A stretch of 64,000 bases of DNA from a virus (lineage: Duplodnaviria; Caudoviricetes), in IMG/VR virus record IMGVR_UViG_3300045580_000473, positions 32,001-96,000 of that record, one strand, 5' to 3'. Below the pieces are notes generated by a model, which searched no databases, was not told where the DNA came from, and saw only the letters and a list, made by a program, of their open reading frames with translations. The position numbers were made by a program, and so were the translations under genes. Below are positions 50,418 to 59,801 of this stretch, piece by piece; positions within the stretch are counted from its first letter, which is position 1, and each line of letters starts with the position of its first letter.

Positions 50418-51572
50418 TTAAATCTTTCCGGCGTACGCGTCGGTGCATGTTTGAAACAACTGCATTACAGCAGCCATTGTTGGATGGTCTAAAAAGATGA
50501 CGCGACCGCCTTGATGTTGAATAAGTAATTTAAGTTCAATGTCAACTGGTGCGAATACAACAAACGTAAAGCCTGCCGGTTGCGGCACAGCAATCCGCAG
50601 GCTTTCTATTCGTTGCAGCACCAATCGTATGCCGCGAATGTGCTCACCGGCAAAAACAAACACGCCGCCGGGAGAGCCAAAAAACGTTTTTAACTGCTCG
50701 GTAAGAACGAGCAGGTCAACGTACGCCGCGGCTCCAATAGCCGTGCCAGTCTCCGCCACGCCAAAACCGGGAGCCGTGTGAGCCGCAAGCTCGCCAATCT
50801 CTGCCAGCACGGTAACCGGCAAGCCAAGATCGTAAACAGACAGCATCACGCTCGTATCACGTGTGCACGAAACCGACGCAGCGTTCAAACCAATCGCCTC
50901 GCCGTAGCCGACGCCGCGGTTAGCCGCAAATTTTGCCAACGCGTTTAAATCAATCGTGCCGTACGTACACGCTGAGCCGAGATCAAAACAAGCGGCTGAC
51001 AAAGTGATGCACAATATGTCAGCAAACCCGGCTGAATAAAACGGAAGCACCTGCTGAGCGGCGTCAGAGTCAAACGAATTGCGACCTAAAAAAAAGCCCA
51101 GCAATTTGTTGTGAGCCCGAGCCTGATACATCGCCATACCTGCGTGTAGGTACGGTTCAGTATCGGCCACGTGTGGTGAAGAAATAATTGTGTTTTTTAT
51201 TGGCAGGGGCAGCAAAGATTGAGCCCCGGAGTCCGCGGTATTGAACGTGCAAAAAGAACTGTGCAATTCTGCGGCTGGATTAAAGCCGCCGGCAGCATAA
51301 TCCGTGCGGCACATAGGGCCGACGCCGCAGAACAACCACTCCGGGCAAACATTCAGCTTGACCGAAATGTGATTTAACAGCCGCAGCGTCGCTCGATTGA
51401 CGCCGGAGAAAACATCCTGCAAATCACGCGAGCAGATATACGCCTCGCGGGCCATGCGGCGAATGTCGCCACCAAACAGCAGGTTGCAAATGTACTGCAA
51501 TCGCAACCGCACCGGCTCGTAATCATGCTCCAGTAAACGGCGGCGGTATTTAAGCGATTTTTTGGTTGCCAT
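50418..51572 (-). CDS. HTH (CI/XRE-like) fused to a degenerate deoxyhypusine-synthase-like domain
   Basis: LNVCPEWLFCGVGPM HTH end; GYGEAIG..SVM..YDLGLPVTV..IG..H..AIG.AAY.D..GGVF..G. Confidence 0.55.
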   Translation of the reverse strand: MATKKSLKYRRRLLEHDYEPVRLRLQYICNLLFGGDIRRMAREAYICSRDLQDVFSGVNRATLRLLNHISVKLNVCPEWLFCGVGPMCRTDYAAGGFNPAAELHSSFCTFNTADSGAQSLLPLPIKNTIISSPHVADTEPYLHAGMAMYQARAHNKLLGFFLGRNSFDSDAAQQVLPFYSAGFADILCITLSAACFDLGSACTYGTIDLNALAKFAANRGVGYGEAIGLNAASVSCTRDTSVMLSVYDLGLPVTVLAEIGELAAHTAPGFGVAETGTAIGAAAYVDLLVLTEQLKTFFGSPGGVFVFAGEHIRGIRLVLQRIESLRIAVPQPAGFTFVVFAPVDIELKLLIQHQGGRVIFLDHPTMAAVMQLFQTCTDAYAGKI

Positions 51573-52575
51573 CGTTTTGACGCTGCTTGGCCGCTACACG
51601 AGCCCGAGCAATAAGTTCTTTACCCGCGGCTCTGAATTTGCCACCGCCGCCGAGCATGTGCTGGCTGGCCATAGCATTCAAACTGGCCGCTGTCAGGTCG
51701 AGGTCTTCTTTCAAGTGTTCTTCAGGATAGGCTGAAAAAGCCGTAAACGAAATAACCGCGTCGCTGTTCACGGAGTCTGTAAGTAAGACCGTTTTATTTT
51801 GCACGGTGCGGGCCAAGCGGATCACAGACGTTGGCGGTTCAATTCCGGGCATGGTCAGGAAAAGCTGCCGTAACTGCACTCGCCAGCCGTTCTCTGCGGC
51901 TACCGGTACAAGCCGCCACAACGACGCCGCTGTTTTTCTGTTCGTCTGTTTCCAGCGGCGGGTAATGTGTTTTTTGTACCGCGTAATTTCTGCGGCAATA
52001 CGCTCCACGGCCCGATTGAACGTGTCGATGTTTGCAAAATGCAAAGGGTCGATTTCGACAAACGGGACAAACTGCTCCGTAATATGCGTCGTGGTGTAAA
52101 TACGCGATAACGCGTTTGCCTGCGTGAGCTTAGAAATAAACTGCTCATACTGGCGGAACTGATACTCGACCACGCGGGCCCAACAGGCCGGGCAATAGTT
52201 GTAGTACCCGCACGAGCGAATCTTTTTCGTCTGCGTTTTAGGCGGATAGATCACGCCGGGTGGCCGGCAGTAGCAGCACAGTTCAAACGCGGCCTTGAGT
52301 TTATCTTGGTCGCAGTAGTGCTCGTCGGCCACAACGGTCGAAATAGGGAGCCGTTTTTCGTGGCTGGCCATGGCGAAGATGCGGTCGATGAGCAACGCCC
52401 GCATGCTGTTCAGCCGGGCTCGCACAACGGGCAGTTCGTCTTCTGGCTTAATCCCGTAGACCGCCGCCAAAGAAACCAGATGCGGCGTTTTAGACCGGCG
52501 ATTTACGACATACAAGTCGTAATTCAAAGCAGCCTGATACGCGGCTTCAAGCGAGTCTTGAATAAACGACATCAC
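51550..52575 (-). CDS. Hypothetical Zn-binding protein, possibly a degenerate rolling-circle Rep-like fold
   Basis: C...CGYYNYCPAC; NGWRVQLRQL. Confidence 0.5.
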   Translation of the reverse strand: MMSFIQDSLEAAYQAALNYDLYVVNRRSKTPHLVSLAAVYGIKPEDELPVVRARLNSMRALLIDRIFAMASHEKRLPISTVVADEHYCDQDKLKAAFELCCYCRPPGVIYPPKTQTKKIRSCGYYNYCPACWARVVEYQFRQYEQFISKLTQANALSRIYTTTHITEQFVPFVEIDPLHFANIDTFNRAVERIAAEITRYKKHITRRWKQTNRKTAASLWRLVPVAAENGWRVQLRQLFLTMPGIEPPTSVIRLARTVQNKTVLLTDSVNSDAVISFTAFSAYPEEHLKEDLDLTAASLNAMASQHMLGGGGKFRAAGKELIARARVAAKQRQNDGNQKIA

Positions 52576-53054
52576 CCATTCTCCGGTTCCGCCGGAGGGA
52601 TGGCGTCCTCATTGGTGTCGGGTTCGGCAAGCTGGGCCTTGACGAAGTCCATTCGTTCGCGGACAAGGTTCACGGCCTCTTCGGCATTGGCGACCTCGAC
52701 GAACGGGAGCGTCTTCTGCAAGTGCTCCCACTTAGTCTGGCCGACGCCGGCGACGTTGATCTCGCCCGGCTCGACGGTGGTGAACTCGTCAAGCGTGGCC
52801 ACGGCGATCGCGTCAGGCCGGCTGGAGAACACGAGGATGCGACCGGTTTTGTCGACAAAAAAGCTGGTGCCCTTGCCGTCGCAGATCACGTACCGGACAG
52901 CCGACTCGCCAGTGTCGATGTAGTGGGTCTTCTTTTTCGTTGCCTCTGGCTGCGTCAGAGCCTGTGGATGGCAGCAATATTTGTATTTCTTCCCGCTGCC
53001 ACAAATGCAGCGGTCGTTCCTATGCGTGCCAATGGCACGCTTCATGGGGTTCAT
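52572..53054 (-). CDS. SEC-C motif protein
   Basis: RNDRCICGSGKKYKYCC; GGAGG RBS. Confidence 0.85.
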   Translation of the reverse strand: MNPMKRAIGTHRNDRCICGSGKKYKYCCHPQALTQPEATKKKTHYIDTGESAVRYVICDGKGTSFFVDKTGRILVFSSRPDAIAVATLDEFTTVEPGEINVAGVGQTKWEHLQKTLPFVEVANAEEAVNLVRERMDFVKAQLAEPDTNEDAIPPAEPENG

Positions 53055-53078
53055 GTGAGCCTCCGTGCTTGTGCGGTT

Positions 53079-53106
53079 AGCGTACCGAAAACGGGGAGTC
53101 CGTCAA
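53079..53106 (-). promoter_or_regulatory. Sigma70-type promoter
   Basis: TTGACG-16 nt-TACGCT upstream of the SEC-C gene. Confidence 0.5.
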
Positions 53107-53381
53107 CCGAAAATCAGACCCCTGTTTTCCCCGAGAAAAACGAGGTTTTCTGCTATCTTGTGCAGTTTACCAAGGCCTACTTAAGTCATGTGCTGACAAG
53201 GCTTTGCGACGAGCAAAAAGGGCAAAATGTCTGTTTTAGCCGATCTACTTCGTAGAAGACCTCTCTCTCTTTGAGAGGAGACAGAGGGTTGGAAGGCAGT
53301 CCATACTGCCTTTCCAACACCCACTCTGGTCTGCATGGTGCTTCTAGATACCATCCCCGACCTCGTAGCTTGCGTTCTCTG

Positions 53382-53798
53382 TCACTTTGTCTTGACGAGG
53401 GTGCCCGACTTCCGGCTGGTCCCCGAAAGGGGCAGGAGGCTGTTCTTACGGGCCCTGAGAAGGACCTGCCAGACATGCCATCCTCCGAGACAGACCCCGA
53501 ACTTGGCGTTGATCGTATTGATCAGCCGTTCGAACTTCGGGGTGTAGGGTAGGTTGTCCGTCGAGATGCCGAAATCGGCATAAGTCTTGGCGGCAAAGAT
53601 AGCAATATCCCGCAGCATCTTGCTGGTCGTGACGCGAACTTCGGGCAGGGTGTTTACCTCCAGCTTGTCCGCTTCGCGATTCAGCACGTTAAACAGGTGG
53701 GTGAAATCGAAGCCCTTACTCGTCGGCCGCGACTTCGTCTTGGTTTTTGTCTTCATTTCTTCCTCCATAAAGTCAAAGGTTAAATTCGGATCGGTCAT
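53382..53798 (-). CDS. Hypothetical protein
   Basis: DNLPYTPKFE...LLRARK motif. Confidence 0.65.
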   Translation of the reverse strand: MTDPNLTFDFMEEEMKTKTKTKSRPTSKGFDFTHLFNVLNREADKLEVNTLPEVRVTTSKMLRDIAIFAAKTYADFGISTDNLPYTPKFERLINTINAKFGVCLGGWHVWQVLLRARKNSLLPLSGTSRKSGTLVKTK

Positions 53799-54130
53799 AC
53801 AGCGGTTTCCTCAACGGGGTCTGGCGTCGGATCGCGGTCGGGCAGTTCGGCCTCCGGCAGGAGGTCATACATGCCGGACTCCATGTCCAGAATCACCTGC
53901 TCGATGCCGCCGTTGAACGGCACTGCGATCATGCAGCGAACGTGCGGTTCACAGGCGACGCCGGCCCGATGCTCGTGCATCATTGTGAACGTGATCGGAA
54001 AGAACTTGTCGTCAGGCAGGGCGTCGATCAGGCTCTCGGGAAGCGTCCGATTGTACTTGAGTACCTTGTCGGACATATGGTTGATTATTTGCAGGTAGTG
54101 CTTGTCAAGGTATTTGACTTTACGTGGCAC
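53795..54130 (-). CDS. Hypothetical protein
   Basis: Likely GTG start at 54130. Confidence 0.65.
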   Translation of the reverse strand: MPRKVKYLDKHYLQIINHMSDKVLKYNRTLPESLIDALPDDKFFPITFTMMHEHRAGVACEPHVRCMIAVPFNGGIEQVILDMESGMYDLLPEAELPDRDPTPDPVEETAV

Positions 54131-54365
54131 GTTTCTTTTTCTTCTGGGGTTTCTTGGCCGCTTTCTTTTTCGGCGGCAACTTGAGTTCAAATGCAATGTA
54201 CGAATTATCAGGCAGGTCGCTCAGGTCGCACTCGTCTTCCAGTACCAGCGGCGACAGCTTGTCTAGGCTGTTGCGGTACACCGTCGCCATCTCTTTAAAC
54301 TGAGCCGCGTCTTCGCAATAGGCGTAGAGCCGCCCCTCGCTTTTTTCAATGATCAGGTGCATCAC
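54120..54365 (-). CDS. Hypothetical protein with Lys-rich tail
   Basis: Coupled ORF. Confidence 0.6.
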   Translation of the reverse strand: MMHLIIEKSEGRLYAYCEDAAQFKEMATVYRNSLDKLSPLVLEDECDLSDLPDNSYIAFELKLPPKKKAAKKPQKKKKRAT

Positions 54366-54622
54366 CGGCCCTGAGCTTTTTGGGCTTCGTGAAATTTGAG
54401 CACAGCCCGAGCGGCCGTGTCCGCATCGGAGCTACTGAAGCCCTCCTGCCGAAACCGCTCTTTGGCGTACCGATATTCCACGCTTCCGGTGTTGGTCGGC
54501 GTGGAGGTCGTGCTCGTGCTGCTGCTCTGGTTTCCGCCGGCGATCATTTGCACGACTACGCCAATCACGGCGGCGGCGATAATCAGCGGCCAAATGCTTG
54601 TATTACTGCTGTTGTTGCTCAT
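54362..54622 (-). CDS. Small membrane-anchored protein
   Basis: AAGGA RBS, ATG 54622, one TM helix. Confidence 0.6.
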   Translation of the reverse strand: MSNNSSNTSIWPLIIAAAVIGVVVQMIAGGNQSSSTSTTSTPTNTGSVEYRYAKERFRQEGFSSSDADTAARAVLKFHEAQKAQGR

Positions 54623-55058
54623 CTGTGTCCTTTGGATGAATAGGTGGTGGGCGGTGGTCTTTGTCGTCTGTCTCGGGTCCGCCGGCGTCATCAGGCGTGT
54701 ACGTGGGGTCGCCGCCAAAGTTGATGGTGATGCCGAAGAACCCGGCGTACTTCATCGCCTTGCCGAGCAGCGTGTACTCTTCTTCCGAGTACATAGCCCC
54801 GAAGGCGTTTTGATGGATAAACACGTTTTGCGATCCGGCTCGCGATGCGTCTCGGCACACCGCTGCAAAACTCGGCAGCTTGTGCTCAATTTCTTTCTTG
54901 AGTGCGATTCGGCGGGCGGACCACTCTTGCTTGGAAACCGGCTCTTCATTGCCGCCGTTTTCTTCGAGCACGGTTTCGAGGTCGACACCAGCGGCCTTAA
55001 GCCGCTTTTTTAGGCGTTTGTGCAGTTCTTGCTGATATTTTTTGCTGTTTCGACTCAT
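54603..55058 (-). CDS. Hypothetical protein
   Basis: GGAGG RBS. Confidence 0.65.
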   Translation of the reverse strand: MSRNSKKYQQELHKRLKKRLKAAGVDLETVLEENGGNEEPVSKQEWSARRIALKKEIEHKLPSFAAVCRDASRAGSQNVFIHQNAFGAMYSEEEYTLLGKAMKYAGFFGITINFGGDPTYTPDDAGGPETDDKDHRPPPIHPKDTDEQQQQ

Positions 55059-56614
55059 ACAGCCTCCTTGATAGTTCCGATATTAACGAAGTCCTGAAAG
55101 TACGTCGCGAAGAAGGCGTCACAAAGCTGTTGCAACACCGCCACGCGTGCTTCTCGTCCTTCGATTTTGACGCCGCCCTTTTTCAGTTCTCGCCCTGAGT
55201 TTTCCACGTGATCTGTGACGCGTTCGGCAAGGCCGGGCAGACCTCGCTCGATAAGCTCGTGCAGGATGACAGCGTTGAAGTCGTTGAGCACGTGTCCGGT
55301 GCCCGTCTGCTCGCTCGCCAAGGCCACGGTCCTGCCAGTGAGAATGTTGGTCGCCAGCATGTGCCGATTAAACTGATTATTCAGCGTCAGCTTGTCGCTC
55401 GTCCGCAGGGTTTTGCCTGTGGTCACAGACTGAGCCTCGACCTCGAAGATGCCCATGCAGGCCCCGACGTCGAGGGCACTGACGACCTCTGCAGGCGTTA
55501 TGGAGCCCCAATCCTTGGCGGCCAGCACTTCTGACAGCTTCATGCCTTTCGCGGCTATAAGGGCCGCCAGAGCCTCGTAGACGGGGCCTTGGGCTGTTGC
55601 CGTGACAACGCCTAAATTGACCGGAAACGGGAACTTGATGGCGGGGTTGGACAGCCGGAAATAGAAGCCGTCCGCTTTTTGTAGCCGCTCTTCCAGCGAC
55701 GGCATTGGCTGCGGGTCTTTGCAATATAGGTCCCAGCGGAACGCCGTGTTGGCACAGAAGTCCTTGTGCGTTTCGATGACGTACCGGTCGGTCGTGGTGT
55801 TGAACAGTTCTTTGAATTCAGGCCGGACGCACAAGTCCCAGAAGTTCTCGTGCGGCGGCATGCTCCCGATGAACTCCAGCCCGGCTCGTTTGAAATCGTT
55901 AGCCACCTCGTAGAAATAGAACGTGGCCCAGTGCTCGTTTAGATACTCGTGGGCGAGGTAGCGTGGGTTTTGCTTTACGAACACCTCGACTTTTTCAGCC
56001 ACCGTCGGGTTGTCTTCGAAGTACTGGGCTTTGTTGTCGCGTATGTACTTCAGGTACTTGAGAGCTTCGGTGATTCGCTCGATGCTATCTCCGGTCCGGC
56101 GAAGAGCGTATTGCTGCAGAATTGCCCGAATCGGCTGAAGGGCCGCCCAGCCGGGCATGGCGTTGTAGCTAACCAGCAGCACGCCGCCTTTGGCCAGCCG
56201 CTTTTTGGCGATCTGGACAATGTCGTTACGGACTTCTGCGGAGACCCAACTGTAAACTCCGTGCAGGGTGATGAAGTCGAACTCGCCGATGTCGTCTGGC
56301 AGGGCTTCGAATCCGGCGGTGATGACGCGGGCGTTTGTCAGGCCAGCGGCTTCGATGTCTTTTTCGATCAGAGCCGTATGGCTGCGGTTAAAGTCAACGC
56401 CGGTAAATTGCCCGTGCGGGTTGGCAGCAGCAAGGGTGGTGAGGCAGCGGCCGAGACCTGACCCGAGTTCGAGATAGCGGAATCCGGGTTTGTCTGGTGG
56501 CGGCACGACGCGATTCAAGGCGGCAATGTACCGCAGGCAAATCGGGGCCATATTGCCGTAAAAACCCGGTACGTAGTCCACGTCCGAGATATATCCTTTG
56601 CCGTCAGCGTCCAT
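55055..56614 (-). CDS. Class I SAM-dependent methyltransferase with methyltransferase regulatory domain
   Basis: YLELGSGLG, GVDFN, FDFITLHGVYSWV, SYNAMPGW, YLAHEYLN, FRWDLY. Confidence 0.88.
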   Translation of the reverse strand: MDADGKGYISDVDYVPGFYGNMAPICLRYIAALNRVVPPPDKPGFRYLELGSGLGRCLTTLAAANPHGQFTGVDFNRSHTALIEKDIEAAGLTNARVITAGFEALPDDIGEFDFITLHGVYSWVSAEVRNDIVQIAKKRLAKGGVLLVSYNAMPGWAALQPIRAILQQYALRRTGDSIERITEALKYLKYIRDNKAQYFEDNPTVAEKVEVFVKQNPRYLAHEYLNEHWATFYFYEVANDFKRAGLEFIGSMPPHENFWDLCVRPEFKELFNTTTDRYVIETHKDFCANTAFRWDLYCKDPQPMPSLEERLQKADGFYFRLSNPAIKFPFPVNLGVVTATAQGPVYEALAALIAAKGMKLSEVLAAKDWGSITPAEVVSALDVGACMGIFEVEAQSVTTGKTLRTSDKLTLNNQFNRHMLATNILTGRTVALASEQTGTGHVLNDFNAVILHELIERGLPGLAERVTDHVENSGRELKKGGVKIEGREARVAVLQQLCDAFFATYFQDFVNIGTIKEAV

Positions 56615-56623
56615 GCCAGCCTC

Positions 56624-57010
56624 CTAGGCGTCCTGTGCCATTTCAGAAAAACAGAATGAGCGGCTATCAAAAGAATAGCTGCGAAGTTCAACTCGTTTGT
56701 GCCGGCAACCGCCATTGCGGGCGTATTCGTTGTCGGTCCAACGGGCTCGGCACTCTGCGGCCCGAGCGACAATTTCCTCTGGCGTGGGGTCAACTTCAGC
56801 AACACCGTTTTTTCTCGGTTGCCGGTTGACATGCTCTCGTTTGGGCAGGTTGTGCCGTCTGGCGAACGCTTGCAAATACGGGAGGCTGACTTTTAATAGG
56901 ATAGCGATTTCTTCTGTCGCCCGTTGTGTGGTCCATAACTGTCTGAGCTTTTTGAGCGGGATGTCGGGTATGTCGCCCTTGGCGGGCCGATCCTTGGCGA
57001 TTTTTGGCAT
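56624..57010 (-). CDS. Putative HTH (GcrA-N-like) regulator
   Basis: LRQLW...EEIA..L.VS...RRHNLPKR; DPTPEEI..R; start ATG 57010. Confidence 0.45.
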   Translation of the reverse strand: MPKIAKDRPAKGDIPDIPLKKLRQLWTTQRATEEIAILLKVSLPYLQAFARRHNLPKREHVNRQPRKNGVAEVDPTPEEIVARAAECRARWTDNEYARNGGCRHKRVELRSYSFDSRSFCFSEMAQDA

Positions 57011-57014
57011 AAAT

Positions 57015-57230
57015 TCAATTTTCGTAGCGATATCGGTTGCGGGACTCGATGACTTTCTTTTTGATATCAGCAGCCATGTTTTTGTCAATGACTGCGGCCA
57101 GAATCATGAGGGCGTTGTAGGCCGTCATGTTGATGCCGTACTTATCTTCCAGCAAAGAGTTGGCTAGAAGCTTGAAGAGCACGACGGCCGGGCTGGGTAC
57201 GCCGTCAAACTTAGCCGGTTTTGGCGTCAT
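57015..57230 (-). CDS. Hypothetical protein
   Basis: Operon-packed. Confidence 0.55.
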   Translation of the reverse strand: MTPKPAKFDGVPSPAVVLFKLLANSLLEDKYGINMTAYNALMILAAVIDKNMAADIKKKVIESRNRYRYEN

Positions 57231-57474
57231 TGGCTTCGTCTTCCGTGACTACGTCCCAGCCAATGTACGAGAATACATGGCGGGTGGCGTGGAAATCATC
57301 GCCGTCATCATCGCCGGCTGTCAAGACAAGTTGTTTCTTTTTGTGGTCAATACGGAAAATAGTCTGGGAGCGGGGGATTCCCCACACTCCGCCGTCGTTA
57401 ATCGTGGCGACTAATTGCCGGCACCATGCGAGAACATGGTCTGGCGGCACGTCGTCGGAGTTGAGGGCTACCAT
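57211..57474 (-). CDS. Hypothetical protein
   Basis: DGGVWGIPRS motif; coupled. Confidence 0.65.
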   Translation of the reverse strand: MVALNSDDVPPDHVLAWCRQLVATINDGGVWGIPRSQTIFRIDHKKKQLVLTAGDDDGDDFHATRHVFSYIGWDVVTEDEANDAKTG

Positions 57475-57995
57475 TAGACAGGTTGAATTTGCCGGCGAAC
57501 CGGAGCGGGGGTTGGTTCTTGAGCAGACGTTGACAGAATTTGGGCGATTATGTCGGGATCACAGGCCCGGGCCGCGTATTCGATAAACGCGTTTAACCAG
57601 TCGCCGTCGGGTGTCTCAAAGCACTCGTCGCGGCTGCCGGTAGAGCCACTGCGGTAGCAGTATTGCATTCGACCACTATCTAACGACTCGTGGCACCACC
57701 ACCGCGGGCCGCTATTTCCGTGCAGGTCCCGAAGGCTTACGTCCTTCATGTTTGGATTGTTAGCCGGATTTTGATGCGACCAGCCAAGAGACTGGAAATC
57801 TGGGCAGTGGATTCTTTGCTGCACCTCTGGCCGCAGCGGCACGGACGCAAGCAGTCTGAAAACTGTGGGGAAACCGGAGTTTTGAAATGCGGCAAGCTCG
57901 CGGCGATGTTTGGCTTGGGCCATTTCCTGTTGCCGCCGTTTTTCGTTTAGTTCGCGTTGCTGTAAGGCGTAGATGCGGGCAATTGCGTCATTCAT
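57474..57995 (-). CDS. Hypothetical protein
   Basis: ATGA-coupled. Confidence 0.65.
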   Translation of the reverse strand: MNDAIARIYALQQRELNEKRRQQEMAQAKHRRELAAFQNSGFPTVFRLLASVPLRPEVQQRIHCPDFQSLGWSHQNPANNPNMKDVSLRDLHGNSGPRWWCHESLDSGRMQYCYRSGSTGSRDECFETPDGDWLNAFIEYAARACDPDIIAQILSTSAQEPTPAPVRRQIQPV

Positions 57996-58534
57996 GTTTC
58001 TGCCAGTTGGAGGATTTTACGGGACCGTTTCACCACGCCGACCGGTTCTGGCTCGATGTCCATTTCAGCCAGCATGTGCGGCGTGATGTACTTGGACAGC
58101 CATTTAACGAACGAGTCAGTGAATTTCTTTTTGGCGTCTTCCGCACCGTGCGGCAAACAGAAATTGGTTTTGGGCATCGCGACCATATAGTAAATTTTCG
58201 CGTGTTCGTCGTCCTCATTTGATTGATCTACGACAAGCCACGAAGATTCGCACCCGTTTTTGTCGTGTAGCCGCAGGCCGGTGCCGTTAATGACATCTGC
58301 GTCGGCAACAATGGCCAGAGCCGAAAGCGGGACTGTGAAACCTTCAATGATGTCCGGGCACGGGTTAGTGATAATAATGTCTTTGACGTCGTCCCACATT
58401 TCTGAGAGACCGGTGTCTTTAAAATACGCTTTCTGCGTCGCTAACTTTCTTGCGTTTGTCAGCCGCGTCTTTTCCGCTTTTGCCCAGCGTTCGCGGTGGA
58501 TGGCCGCTACGCGTTGCAGTACGTTACTCATCAT
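57992..58534 (-). CDS. Hypothetical protein
   Basis: GAGGAG RBS before ATG 58534. Confidence 0.65.
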   Translation of the reverse strand: MMSNVLQRVAAIHRERWAKAEKTRLTNARKLATQKAYFKDTGLSEMWDDVKDIIITNPCPDIIEGFTVPLSALAIVADADVINGTGLRLHDKNGCESSWLVVDQSNEDDEHAKIYYMVAMPKTNFCLPHGAEDAKKKFTDSFVKWLSKYITPHMLAEMDIEPEPVGVVKRSRKILQLAET

Positions 58535-58835
58535 TCTCCTCGACTTTATGCAGTACGCCGCTATCCAGCATTTCTTTTGGGTAGGCCCAGACGACCGGAT
58601 AGTTTTTTGCTTCGGCGTCGTCTTGAATCGAGTCGATAAGCGACACGAGGCCGTCAAGATTTTCGGCCGTAGCGTCGTCTATTATTTTGCTGTCAATGAT
58701 TGTGAGCAGCGTCATTTTTTGCTTGGCTAATGCGAGCCAGTCTATACCGGCGTAGGCGTCTGATGTCGGCTCTACGCACCGCCTGTGTTTGAACTGCACG
58801 TAGACTGTGTCGTCGTGAGTTTCCAGCAGTTTCAT
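58524..58835 (-). CDS. Hypothetical protein
   Basis: IDW..L..QK..L...LDGLVSLIDSIQD. Confidence 0.65.
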   Translation of the reverse strand: MKLLETHDDTVYVQFKHRRCVEPTSDAYAGIDWLALAKQKMTLLTIIDSKIIDDATAENLDGLVSLIDSIQDDAEAKNYPVVWAYPKEMLDSGVLHKVEENDE

Positions 58836-59353
58836 GTCGCAAGTACCCGATCGTTGTTTCCAAATAGTCGGCGGGCCCCATCTTCGCGTCGAACGAACAT
58901 TTCAATCGTCTCCCGATTTTCTCGGCCGCCTAAACCAAAGCGGTCGTCAACCCAGCGGTCGAGACAGTAGCCCCGCCACTCGATGTCAACGGTCTTTTTG
59001 TTGACTTTTCTGATGACGTACCACGCATAGCCGTCGCCTTTGGGCACTCGGAACAGTTTGCCCGGATGCAAACCTTCGGGCAGGCTGTCAGACCTCCCTT
59101 TGGCGATTTGAAATTGCTCTTCAACGTACTGCGTGTATTCGTCAGGCGGGTTGTAGGTCATAGGAATTGGCGTCAGGGCGTCAACGCTAATGACGAGCCG
59201 GACTGGTGTAATCGCGTCTTCGACGATGACTTGCTGGCCGTCTTCGTAATACTGCTTTGACGCCTCGCCCCAGCGGTCGACAATACCGTATCGCCAACAT
59301 CCGGCGAACCATTTCACCTGATACAGATCAGGAATTGGTGTGTTCAGGCTCAT
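58832..59353 (-). CDS. Hypothetical protein
   Basis: 173 aa; GDGYAWY motif. Confidence 0.7.
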   Translation of the reverse strand: MSLNTPIPDLYQVKWFAGCWRYGIVDRWGEASKQYYEDGQQVIVEDAITPVRLVISVDALTPIPMTYNPPDEYTQYVEEQFQIAKGRSDSLPEGLHPGKLFRVPKGDGYAWYVIRKVNKKTVDIEWRGYCLDRWVDDRFGLGGRENRETIEMFVRREDGARRLFGNNDRVLAT

Positions 59354-59801
59354 TTTTCCGTTTCTCCATTTCGGCCCGGATTTGCTCCATCACGACAAGG
59401 TGGTGAGCGACTTCTTTGCGAGCCAGTTGTTTGAGTAGGTCGGCGTCCCAGCTTGCCCGAAGCGGGAGCGTATCGGGCCACGAGGCTGACTCTTCGGCGT
59501 ACCCCTCGTCACAGCCGGCTTGCATATACATCTGTTTCTGGCACTCTACGTACCACTTCTCGGCCTCGGCTTTGTCGAGCGTCGGAACAGCCTCGTCGTC
59601 CTGATTGTCGTAATCCAGCAGTTGATACCGGGCGTCGACAAGGGCCGCGATGAGGTCGGCCTCGAAGCCGTACTCGAAGTCGAAACTGGCGACGAAAACC
59701 TTGTTGATCAGGGTTTCCAGATCATCGGCAGACAACTCGTCGTCGCCGCTCATCCGGTCCATCATGTAACCGATTTTGTCGAGCGTTACTTCGCGGTGCA
59801 T
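59328..59801 (-). CDS. Hypothetical protein
   Basis: AAGGA RBS. Confidence 0.65.
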   Translation of the reverse strand: MHREVTLDKIGYMMDRMSGDDELSADDLETLINKVFVASFDFEYGFEADLIAALVDARYQLLDYDNQDDEAVPTLDKAEAEKWYVECQKQMYMQAGCDEGYAEESASWPDTLPLRASWDADLLKQLARKEVAHHLVVMEQIRAEMEKRKNEPEHTNS

